NCBI GenBank assembly: GCA_041739995.1
Contig: JBGSMV010000081.1
Location: 1-23,416 of the forward strand
Direction: 5' to 3'
Origin: Bdellovibrionota bacterium
GTDB taxonomy: Bacteria > Bdellovibrionota_C > UBA2361 > JBGSMV01
DNA length: 23,416 nt
Positions within the stretch are counted from its first letter, which is position 1; the number at the start of each line of letters is the position of its first letter. The notes below the pieces were generated by a model, which saw only the letters and a list, made by a program, of their open reading frames with translations, did not search any database and was not told the origin of the DNA. The translations under genes and the position numbers were made by a program. Shown here in pieces: positions 1 to 8,173 of this stretch.

Positions 1-43
1 AGTAGCGGTGCTTTAACTCGTCAAAACCTACTATTTCTCTCAT
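1..43 (-). CDS. Possible 5' end of a gene running off the left edge (MREIVGFDELKHRY...)
   Basis: ATG at 43-41 with an open frame to the window edge and a weak GGAA upstream; only 14 codons visible. Confidence 0.25.
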   Translation of the reverse strand, partial: MREIVGFDELKHRY

Positions 44-67
44 ATTTCCAGAACCTTATAAAAGTTC

Positions 68-135
68 GGTAACTGGAATTATGAGGCTTCAACCACTCAA
101 ACAGCTTCTCTTTGGTAACCTTTTTTATGAGGCTT
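68..135. repeat. Imperfect 22-bp direct repeat GGTAAC-N5-TTATGAGGCTT, 46-bp period; possible operator pair
   Basis: ggtaactggaattatgaggctt (68-89) and ggtaaccttttttatgaggctt (114-135): 17 of 22 identical with the same spacing, in AT-rich DNA upstream of the FG-GAP gene. Confidence 0.55.
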
Positions 136-275
136 ATCGGGCAACTACAAACGGCTTTAGCCTAATAACATCTGCTATCGGGATGCGTTGTGGGGACTTC
201 GCCATCTTCATTCACTTAAAGGAACGCATGTGACATTATCGCTCGGGGCGTGCTCCCGTATTGTGAGAGATATAT

Positions 276-1643
276 ATGAAGCAGATCCGTTTTTTGTCTC
301 AAAATATGTTTTCGAGATCTCTGAGCTCTTTGATTGTTCGGGGCAAGCAGCTCACGACATCCTTAGTAGCTGCGTCGAGCATTTGCGGTCTCATCGCGTC
401 GTCGCTCTCACTCGTCGCCGAGAGCCAAGCGCAAAGCCTAGCTCTCCTATCTCCGGTAGAATCTACAGCCTCAGATCGAGTGGGCAGAAGCATTAGCGCT
501 CAAGGCATTTGGATGGCGGTCGGTGCGCCTTTCACCGATCTCTCTCAGGCCGACGTGGGGGCTGTTTACGTGTATCAGGTTAATACTTTTGGTGCGGTGC
601 CGCAGGCGCGTCTTACCGCCAGCGACGCTTCCATCGGAAGCAACTTTGGCGCTGCCGTGAGCTTGTCGGGAAACAGAATAGCAATCGGTGCACCAGGTGA
701 AGACAGAGGTGGCTTAGTTGATGCGGGGGCTGTCTATATTTTTCGCCGAGTGGGGACTTCTTGGACTGAAGAAGCCAAATTACTCCCCCCCACTCAATTA
801 GCAGGACAGAGGTTCGGTGCTGCGGTGGCTCTGGCTGGAAGCCATCTCTTCGTGGGTGCTCCTGATGAATCAGCCCGAACAGGCGCGGCCTATCGCTTTA
901 ACGTTGACTCTGGCACCTGGCTCTATGCCGACAAGTCGACTCCAGCGAATCCGATTCTCACTCAGCGCTACGGCTATGCTCTTTCTACTGACGGCAACTG
1001 GACTTCCGTCGGAATGTTACAGAACGCGCCAGAAGGCTCTGACCCTGGCAGAGTTCATATGCTCTTGAATATGGGGGCTTCATGGTCAGATGCAGGCACG
1101 GTGAGTCCCGCCTCGGGATTTCTGGACGACCGCTTTGGATCGAGCACTTCGCTCTGGGGCGATACCTTGGTCGTCGGCTCTATGGGTCTGAGCATCGGCG
1201 CACCGAACAATGGTGGCGCCTATGTATTCAAACTTGTAGGCGGAACTTGGACTGAATCGCAGCTCCTCCTTCCTGAACAGACACAAGCGAATCAATTTGC
1301 CGGCCATGCGGTGGCAGTCAATCAAAAACTGTCTCCAGATACGATTTATATTGGCGCTCCCTATCACGACAACATCCTGGCTGACACGGGAGCAGTGTTT
1401 CAGTTTCGACGCACCGGTATGACATTTGCGCCCCTTACTACTTTAAGAGGCTCGAACGAAGAAGCTTCAGACCACTTCGGCTTCTCTGTGAGCTCCTCGC
1501 TTTGGAAAGGAGGCACGAGAATCATGGTAGGAGCTCCTCAAGACAACGCACGAGGAATGAACTCAGGTGCAGCCTACATTTCCCGAGGGGTTCTCGTGGC
1601 ACTTCACCGTGCAATTGAAGCCTGTTTCCCACCGGGCTGCTAA
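276..1643 (+). CDS. Secreted FG-GAP repeat (integrin-alpha-like beta-propeller) protein
   Basis: About seven FG-x-[AS]V...GAP...GA[VA]Y repeats (NFGAAVSLSGNRIAIGAP, RFGAAVALAGSHLFVGAP, HFGFSVS...VGAP) and a hydrophobic N-terminal segment ending AESQA. The start may be ATG 306. Confidence 0.9.
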   Translation: MKQIRFLSQNMFSRSLSSLIVRGKQLTTSLVAASSICGLIASSLSLVAESQAQSLALLSPVESTASDRVGRSISAQGIWMAVGAPFTDLSQADVGAVYVYQVNTFGAVPQARLTASDASIGSNFGAAVSLSGNRIAIGAPGEDRGGLVDAGAVYIFRRVGTSWTEEAKLLPPTQLAGQRFGAAVALAGSHLFVGAPDESARTGAAYRFNVDSGTWLYADKSTPANPILTQRYGYALSTDGNWTSVGMLQNAPEGSDPGRVHMLLNMGASWSDAGTVSPASGFLDDRFGSSTSLWGDTLVVGSMGLSIGAPNNGGAYVFKLVGGTWTESQLLLPEQTQANQFAGHAVAVNQKLSPDTIYIGAPYHDNILADTGAVFQFRRTGMTFAPLTTLRGSNEEASDHFGFSVSSSLWKGGTRIMVGAPQDNARGMNSGAAYISRGVLVALHRAIEACFPPGC

Positions 1644-1704
1644 GCCACACTGCCCAAAGCCCGATTACGAAAGATCTCTTAGCTAGCTTCCCTCTAATGC
1701 TACC

Positions 1705-2075
1705 CGGTCTTGGAGAAGTGCGATTACTATGAATAGTTCGAAGAGGCCTTGAAGAGTTTGTGCCTTACAGAATTTACGTTCCAACGAAATGAAGAGTTTC
1801 GAATGAAGCATCTGCATCGAGAGTTTTAGACTCTGCGGTCTTGAAAGTCTCAGAGCTGGCAGACAACAAACTTAATGCGCCACCACTTCTACCAAGAGCA
1901 ACACCATAACCCTACGTTCAGACCTGCCTTAGTTTCTAGCTGCGGTAAGTGAATCAATCGAAGTTCGCGCTTTTGGTAGCAGTGCCGCAGTAGCATCACT
2001 TGACGTCATTTCAACGTCAGCTATTCGGTCGCCACCTACATCAGGAATACTAATCGAGTCCCGGAGGACAATAAT
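1705..2075 (-). pseudogene. Degenerate flagellin C-terminal fragment (fliC-like pseudogene)
   Basis: Manual minus-strand translation: ...ADVEMTSSDATAALLPKARTSIDSLTAAR, then a shift to GYGVALGRSGGALSLLSASSETFKTAESKTLDADASFETLHFVGT*IL*. This matches the flagellin C-terminal consensus (ID-AI-V-RA-LGA-QNRL...EN-AAESRIRDAD-A-E...QILQ). The stops at 1776-1774 and 1767-1765 fall on the two expected Gln codons. Confidence 0.75.
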
Positions 2076-2130
2076 TTAGGGGCGGCGAAATTTCGAACCA
2101 GTCGTAAATCTTGGGGCACCCGGTATTTTT

Positions 2131-2155
2131 CGCATCTGCCTCTGAGTCAGATGCG
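2131..2155. terminator. Stem-loop just downstream of the TPR gene
   Basis: cgcatctg...cagatgcg 8-bp inverted repeat; no U-tract on the minus strand, so function is uncertain. Confidence 0.35.
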
Positions 2156-2169
2156 TAGTCACCAAAAGC

Positions 2170-3330
2170 TTAGTTCACCGTGGCCTGCCACATCTCGGCC
2201 GAGGACTCTGCGTCCACAAACACAATCGTTCTTACTTGTGGAGTCATCTGCTTGGCTTGGTCAATAATGCTTTGCGCAAATTTGTCGCGAACAAACGGCG
2301 GCATTTTTTCCATCGGAAAGTCCTTGAAAGTGAGAACTATCGCATCTTCTCGGAGCTCAGCTTTCAAAAACTTCGACCCTGCCACTTGGTTGCCACGAAC
2401 AAACTGGTCAATTGCTGCGATGCCTCCCGCACTGCCCCCCCTTGCTGAAACTACACTAGGCCCTTTCATAGGTGCGGATGCACTCGCCTGATCCTCCGCC
2501 GACAATGAGGAAAGAAATTCGTTGAAGCGCTCACGGGCCTCAGCTGATGGCGCATACTGCAGTGCGCGCTGGCCGATTTCCCTGGCCTGCTTCTTATCAC
2601 CGGACTGAGCATGAGTTACCGCAAGGTAAGCAAGCGCATGGAAGTTATTGGGGTCTTCTTTCAGGACTATTTGGAGCTGCTCCACTGCAGCATCAGCTTT
2701 ACCCATAAACGCTAGCGCGCTGGCATACCGTGCCCTGGAGATGTGGTCCTTAGGGGTAATGGCGAGGTATCGCTCGTAGTAGGAAACTGCCTTCTCGAAC
2801 ACCTGCTGGTTTAACGAGATATCGGCCATGTTTATTAGCGCAAACGCATCGTCGGGGTTCAGGTCAAGAATCTTTCTCAGCGCATCGATCGTTTCAAATA
2901 CCAAAGTCGAAGAGGGCTTTTCTGCAGCTTGCATCTCAGCAAGCAGCGCATCAGCAAGCGCCTTCCACACAAGCACATCACCTGGCGCTGCTTCGGCCGC
3001 CTCTCGCAGACGAATCAACGCGGGGTTCATGCGCGCCCTTTCGTTCCTTGCGCGCGCGTCCTCAAAACTCTCTGTGGGCTTGGTCCCAGAGAACGAAGAA
3101 TTAACGCTCCACCCAACCGCTAAGAGCGCTGAGGAAACCACAAGTAGTAGAGCAACTTTGCCCACACTGAGCGGCGCAAGCTTTCGAGGAACTCGAGGAG
3201 TTGCCGCGGTCGCTCCTGCGACAAACGCGTTCCCACAGCCAGGGCAAAACTGAGCCGGCTCGGGCCGCTTAGCTCCACATTGAGGACAAAAGTTTGGCAA
3301 CGCTAACTGCGCATCACTTGCGGTGTTCAT
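2170..3330 (-). CDS. Zinc-ribbon, single-TM, TPR-repeat protein (TPR region CcmI/CycH-like)
   Basis: CPQC...CPGC zinc ribbon, TM segment VALLLVVSSALLAVGW, several TPR helices (ILDLNPDDAFAL, YLAITPKDH, VLKEDPNNFHALAYLA). GAAGGAG precedes ATG 3330, preferred over GTG 3345. Confidence 0.85.
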   Translation of the reverse strand: MNTASDAQLALPNFCPQCGAKRPEPAQFCPGCGNAFVAGATAATPRVPRKLAPLSVGKVALLLVVSSALLAVGWSVNSSFSGTKPTESFEDARARNERARMNPALIRLREAAEAAPGDVLVWKALADALLAEMQAAEKPSSTLVFETIDALRKILDLNPDDAFALINMADISLNQQVFEKAVSYYERYLAITPKDHISRARYASALAFMGKADAAVEQLQIVLKEDPNNFHALAYLAVTHAQSGDKKQAREIGQRALQYAPSAEARERFNEFLSSLSAEDQASASAPMKGPSVVSARGGSAGGIAAIDQFVRGNQVAGSKFLKAELREDAIVLTFKDFPMEKMPPFVRDKFAQSIIDQAKQMTPQVRTIVFVDAESSAEMWQATVN

Positions 3331-3341
3331 CTGTGTCTCCT

Positions 3342-3905
3342 TCACTCTTCAAGATCGATTGCTGAAATAAGCTCCATGCTTCCTTCCTGGCCTATCGCCT
3401 CTATGCGAACCGCTTGGACGGTCGCTTCGAAACCTTGCCGCAAGCTTTGGCCAGCAATCACCGCATCGCGCGTAGCCTCCGCACTCGGGCAACGAAACAA
3501 GAGTACATGAGGGAAATATGAAAAGAGAGGATTGAACATGCCTTTCAGAAGTCCTTCATGCAAAAGATCGTGCATGAGAATAAGGCGATCATTTCCCGCT
3601 TTCACGTTGAGCAGCACAAAACCACCGGGATAGCCGGTAACTCCACGAAGCAGCACCTTAAATTTCTTTACTGAAGCTAGAGACTCAATGATGTGATTCT
3701 CAATCTGTTCATCTTCGAGATTTGCTTCGAATGGGTAGACCAAAGGAACGATAAACGGATGAACAGACCCTGCAGCTTCCCCCTTCTCGCGGCTAGATTC
3801 TGGGGCTTTAAGGAACTTGGCTCGAAAAGCCTCTAGGTCGTTGCCAGCCTCAATCAGGAGCTCAGCCGAGAGTGCCCTACGAATAAGATTTTCTTCATTA
3901 ACCAT
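3342..3905 (-). CDS. 2'-5' RNA ligase / 2H phosphoesterase superfamily (YjcG-like) protein with degenerate HxT motifs
   Basis: LVYPFE, FKVLLRGVTG, LHEGLL and YFPHVLL match the YjcG-like layout. The stop sits 11 nt before the TPR gene ATG, so they are likely co-transcribed. Confidence 0.7.
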   Translation of the reverse strand: MVNEENLIRRALSAELLIEAGNDLEAFRAKFLKAPESSREKGEAAGSVHPFIVPLVYPFEANLEDEQIENHIIESLASVKKFKVLLRGVTGYPGGFVLLNVKAGNDRLILMHDLLHEGLLKGMFNPLFSYFPHVLLFRCPSAEATRDAVIAGQSLRQGFEATVQAVRIEAIGQEGSMELISAIDLEE

Positions 3906-3993
3906 CTGATATTACATGCAAAAGTTGCCAATTTGGTCGTTGGCCTCAATCGTTTCCATTCTCGCCGTCGCAAGTATCCCGTATTCTAGAGCT

Positions 3994-5628
3994 ATGCTGC
4001 AACGCCCGGCCATTGAGAGAATCGTCCCTATCCTTACCAAGGATGCACGCAGAGCCTTGCGCATGCACGTCAGAGGATTTCCTAAAGCCTACTACTGCTC
4101 ACTCCTTCTGCGCGACGTCGACTGGTTCAACACCTGGGCAGCGAGTGGCTCAACCTACCGGAGACGCTCCGATAAGACCAGAAATGTGTACTGCGATATT
4201 CGAGTAGGATCTTACCGCTACGACCAAACCGTCGATGGTGGACTTCATGACAACGATGAAGAACGCGAGTCGGTCTCTCATGTCACTGTTCCAATAGATG
4301 ATCACTCATATGATGGTTTACGTTTGGCGGTCTGGAGACTTACTGAATGTAAGTTCCGTGAGGCCTTGTCAGATTTTAGCGACAAAGAATCTCGCAGACT
4401 CTCAACCCTGGATCCGAATCGCGGACTGCCTTCGTTCCTGAAGTCGAAACGCCATCGACACATTGTGTATAGCCGTCCGGAGGTTCTTGATGAGCCGTAT
4501 TGGGTACGATTCTGCAAGCGACTCTCGAGTTGGATTTCAACATTACCCCAAGTCACTAGCAGCTGGATCGAATTTGATGCCGAGCAAGTCACTAAGATAT
4601 TCGTGAACACCGAAGGTACCGTCATCGTCCAACATCAGCGAGTTTTCTCTCTAACCGCTCAAATTTCAAAGATGACGAAAGAGGGCTCCACTCTTGACCA
4701 GGAGCTCGTAATAAATTGCGCAAGTCTTGACGAGATGCCCGACGTAAGAACGTTTAAGCGACTGATGCGTCAAAAGCACCAACAACTATTGAAGCTTTCG
4801 AAAGCGCGCGCGATCCACTCGTTCTCTGGACCAGTCCTGCTTCACTCTCAGCCAGCAGGAGTCCTTTTCCACGAAGCTATCGGGCACCGTCTTGAAGGCA
4901 GCCGCCTACTTTCAGCCGGAGAGGGGCAGACCTTTAAGGGGCAGGTCGGAAAGCGTCTCTTTAATATCCCTGTTACCATTTACGACAATCCTCGACTTCG
5001 TCGCTTCAAAGGAATTCGCTGCATTGGCTCCTACGACTTCGATGATGAAGGGACTCCTGCGCGCAGCGCTGAATTGGTTAAAGAAGGTTCGCTCTCCGGA
5101 TTTCTTACTACCCGCGCACCTACTCAGCACAGAAAGTTCGCACCCACAGGACATGCCCGCAGTAAGAAGTTTCAGCGTCCTATCAGCAGAATGTCAGTAA
5201 CGGTAATAAAGGCCGACAAAGGCGTCACCCTGGAGAGCTTAAAGGAGCGTTTGCTCAAAGAGATTCAAGCTCAGAACAAGCCCTTTGGAATGATTGTGTA
5301 TCAGACGAGCGGAGGGGAAACCGACACGACAAGCTACGATTTCCAAGCCTTTGCTGGCCAAATTGCCTTCGCCACGCTGATCTACCCTGACGGACGAGAG
5401 GAACCGGTAAGAGGAGTGAATTTTGTTGGCACTCCCTTGCAGGCCATTCACAACATTATTGCGGTAGGCAATCTGCAAGAGGTAGACAACGGGTTTTGCG
5501 GGGCCGAATCAGGCTTTATTCCTATTACCACCATCGCCCCAGCGGTTTTGCTCAGCAACCTTGAGCTGCAGGCGAAAGATGAGCAACTCGCCACGCCGTA
5601 CATTCTGCCTAGACCGAAGCCCGGTTAA
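3994..5628 (+). CDS. tldD: TldD/PmbA family metalloprotease (TldD-type, catalytic)
   Basis: GPVLL...AGVLFHEAIGHRLEG zinc motif, YDFDDEGTPA, GHAR and the C-terminal GFCGAESG Cys ligand. ATG 3994 is preferred because ATG 3916 leaves only 10 bp to the divergent gene. Confidence 0.9.
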   Translation: MLQRPAIERIVPILTKDARRALRMHVRGFPKAYYCSLLLRDVDWFNTWAASGSTYRRRSDKTRNVYCDIRVGSYRYDQTVDGGLHDNDEERESVSHVTVPIDDHSYDGLRLAVWRLTECKFREALSDFSDKESRRLSTLDPNRGLPSFLKSKRHRHIVYSRPEVLDEPYWVRFCKRLSSWISTLPQVTSSWIEFDAEQVTKIFVNTEGTVIVQHQRVFSLTAQISKMTKEGSTLDQELVINCASLDEMPDVRTFKRLMRQKHQQLLKLSKARAIHSFSGPVLLHSQPAGVLFHEAIGHRLEGSRLLSAGEGQTFKGQVGKRLFNIPVTIYDNPRLRRFKGIRCIGSYDFDDEGTPARSAELVKEGSLSGFLTTRAPTQHRKFAPTGHARSKKFQRPISRMSVTVIKADKGVTLESLKERLLKEIQAQNKPFGMIVYQTSGGETDTTSYDFQAFAGQIAFATLIYPDGREEPVRGVNFVGTPLQAIHNIIAVGNLQEVDNGFCGAESGFIPITTIAPAVLLSNLELQAKDEQLATPYILPRPKPG

Positions 5629-5933
5629 GCAAGGTCAGGCGAAATGATTCGGCCAAGTTCGATTACAAATCAGAACACCTGAGACCGTGAATTCTAGTCG
5701 CTGGAACTGGAATAATTAGTTCAAGGAGCGGGTTCCCCGGGGTGACTCGAGATCGCCATTCTTCATTGGGGTGGACTTCTTGAGTATGGTGCTCAGGGCG
5801 CTTTGGGTGTGGCGGCAAGAAGCTTCCCCATATCGCAGACTTCGTTTCAAGTTTTGAATTCGCGCTCCCGCACAGGTCAAAAATGCGCCCCTGCCGTGAT
5901 CGCCCACCTCGATCTCCTCGGCCATGCAGATGA

Positions 5934-6839
5934 TTAGCATCCGCTGAAAAAGTAATGAAGAAAAAGAAAAAGGTCTTCGATGGAACACTGGCCCGACTCA
6001 TCAAGATCTGCGCTTGGGTGGCCTGCCATGAAAGCACTGAGGTAGAGAAAAAGATCAGTGGTGCTAATTTGTCCGTCGGTATCAAAGTCGGCGGGGCACT
6101 GAAGAGGTAGCACTTCAGGAGCAATGCTCCTGATCCAGTCCTGATGCTCGGAAGAGGATAGGTTTGCGCCGCTCGATGGACACCCCCACGGTGCACTCAG
6201 GGGACAATTACTGCTGCGAATTATGCCTATGACTTCTAAGCTACCGGAGGGTCCGGGAACCATAACCGCGCTTCCGGAGTCGTTGACCACTGGATGGGCT
6301 TCGTACGGGACATAGCTTGAATCAGACGGCGACGAAAAGTTCATTCGCAGCGTTGCGCCGTGTACAGTAATTCGATTCTGTCCGTGGCGAAGCCCCCATG
6401 GTGGAACGTAAGGAATATCAGGGTTGTATTCTGTTGGTATCAAATTCCACCCACCTCCATCACGAGGGAGTCCTCGGAGTCGTCCCCACCCGCCCACGGT
6501 GACAATCTCGTTATTTACCGGAGCACGCGCAGAGAGGCGATTGAAGATATGCATATCGCGATCGACTTTGATAAGAGCGAGATCGGCGGGGACATTGTAG
6601 TGAACTTCGACCGACTCATATTGTTCTCCATCGAGATGGAAAATGATGCCGGGCGATGCGGGGATATGCTGGACCGAGAGGACCCAGCGCGGGGAAATCG
6701 CTACCGCAGTTGAGCCGTTCCACCGACCCACACCGGTTTGCAGGGTAATTTCGCCTTGAGTGGGGTCAACGACAAGCGCTGAAAGCGGAGCCGGAAGGCT
6801 GAGTAAAATTAGTACGATGAATAGCAGTGGTAGTCTCAC
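5934..6839 (-). CDS. Secreted trypsin-like serine protease with C-terminal GC-type dockerin domain
   Basis: GTG 6839 gives a signal peptide (MRLPLLFIVLILLSLPAPLSA). Triad motifs are VLSVQH, ADLALI and NDSGS. The C-terminus CPADFDTDGQISTTDLFLYLSAF...ADLDESGQCSIEDLFLFLHYFFSGC has two EF-hand-like loops and ends in GC. Confidence 0.85.
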   Translation of the reverse strand: MRLPLLFIVLILLSLPAPLSALVVDPTQGEITLQTGVGRWNGSTAVAISPRWVLSVQHIPASPGIIFHLDGEQYESVEVHYNVPADLALIKVDRDMHIFNRLSARAPVNNEIVTVGGWGRLRGLPRDGGGWNLIPTEYNPDIPYVPPWGLRHGQNRITVHGATLRMNFSSPSDSSYVPYEAHPVVNDSGSAVMVPGPSGSLEVIGIIRSSNCPLSAPWGCPSSGANLSSSEHQDWIRSIAPEVLPLQCPADFDTDGQISTTDLFLYLSAFMAGHPSADLDESGQCSIEDLFLFLHYFFSGC

Positions 6840-7067
6840 GCTTGATGTAAGTGCAAGTGTCGTACCTGGGGCGTGAGGCTCTCTGGTAACCTGGGGAACT
6901 GATAATAGGCGAATCAATCATGTCGAACGACATTAGGGGGTTAGTCTGAGTTTTTAAGAACTTGGTTTAGTGAAGTTGAAGGCATCCCCGGCTAAGTGCG
7001 AGCGCAGGGGTCCGCCAACACCGTTTAGTTGAGTCGCAAAAATAAAGAGGCCGCAGGTCCTATATAT

Positions 7068-7106
7068 CTACCAGCAAGCGAAGCTCAAAACCTCGCTTGC
7101 TGGTAG
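7068..7106 (-). terminator. 14-bp stem-loop after the heme-binding protein gene
   Basis: ctaccagcaagcga (7068-7081) and tcgcttgctggtag (7093-7106), 6 bp beyond the stop and followed by an AU-rich tail on the minus strand. Confidence 0.65.
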
Positions 7107-7112
7107 TGCTTA

Positions 7113-7865
7113 CTACTTCTTAACGCGAAACGCGTGAGTCTTAGGAAATCCTTGAGCTATCTTCGCAGCGTCGGGAGAACACTGCGGATGCCCCCAACCA
7201 CCGGCACTCTTTCCATCGGTGATATCGTAAACGATATTGTCATCCTTGGTTGGGCTTACCCCGCCCGGCAGATAGTCAAGTTCAAGAGCATTTCTCACTT
7301 TCCACGCAATGTTGTGGTCAGCACACGAGCTGTCCCCACTCACGCCGATTGCTCCCCGCAGAGCACCCTTACTGTCGTAAAGAGCCAATCCGCCTCCAAA
7401 CACATTGACGCCACCGATCCGCTTACCAACCATCCAATCAGTTTTGGTTCCGATCTGGTCCACAGCTCCGCCGTAGGCAACGCTGGTGTCGACCGGATTG
7501 CTGTGCTGCAATCCGTACAGGCTGCCTCCTGGCTGTACTGCTGAAAAGAGATTGGCAGTCGAGAGACTTAGGCCTGGAAGACTAAAGGCGTTGGCCGTGT
7601 TGGCCTTCTGCGCCGAGATCACGCGACTTCCTGGCCACTGGTCTCCGCGACCTTCGCCACTAAAGGTTACCGCACGCACCACACCGTCTCTATCTACTAC
7701 TGTGGCCCACATGTTTAGACCGAAGCCTCCGTTGCTCTCCTTGACCACAGCCTGAAGAGCTTTTCGAAGAGCCTCGTGATCGGGAAGTCCCTCAGCTTGG
7801 ACTGAAGCACAGAGGCCAACGACGCTTAAGACACAGAAAAAAGCGGAGCTTACTATTTGTTTCAT
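7113..7865 (-). CDS. Exported GlcG/HbpS family heme-binding protein
   Basis: Signal peptide (...ASVQA), WATVVDRDG, SRVISAQKANTANAFS, GGVNVFGGGLALY, GAIGVSGD; AGGA SD upstream. Confidence 0.9.
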   Translation of the reverse strand: MKQIVSSAFFCVLSVVGLCASVQAEGLPDHEALRKALQAVVKESNGGFGLNMWATVVDRDGVVRAVTFSGEGRGDQWPGSRVISAQKANTANAFSLPGLSLSTANLFSAVQPGGSLYGLQHSNPVDTSVAYGGAVDQIGTKTDWMVGKRIGGVNVFGGGLALYDSKGALRGAIGVSGDSSCADHNIAWKVRNALELDYLPGGVSPTKDDNIVYDITDGKSAGGWGHPQCSPDAAKIAQGFPKTHAFRVKK

Positions 7866-8173
7866 TTTTTATTCTTCCTGAGAAATTGCCAGGGCGCTGA
7901 GGCATCGGACTGGATGACACAAACGCCCTCAAGACATGAGCAGAACCCTAGGAAAACATCGCCACTCACGCCAGCTAATTCTCGAAATTAGCGGCTTACG
8001 GTCTTTCTTGCTCGGTGGAGCGCCGTGGGGTGTCAATACGAAAAATGGCGCTACTCGACAAATGATTTTAATAAAAAGACCCGTGTGCACCGAAACGTGC
8101 ACCTAGAATAAGCATCCAAATAACTAAGCGATACACTACTCATAGGTCTGGTTTCCAAAGGTTAGTACCACAG

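Noticed and set aside
2078..2110. ggggcggcgaaatttcgaacc as a tmRNA or tRNA end
   Set aside because: No matching acceptor stem, proper T-stem or CCA end was found.
5663..6196. Minus-strand ORFs 5663-6196 and 5716-5988, including an MsrB-like NEEWRSRVTP snippet
   Set aside because: They overlap the dockerin coding region in other frames. The MsrB resemblance covers only about 10 residues with no further motifs.
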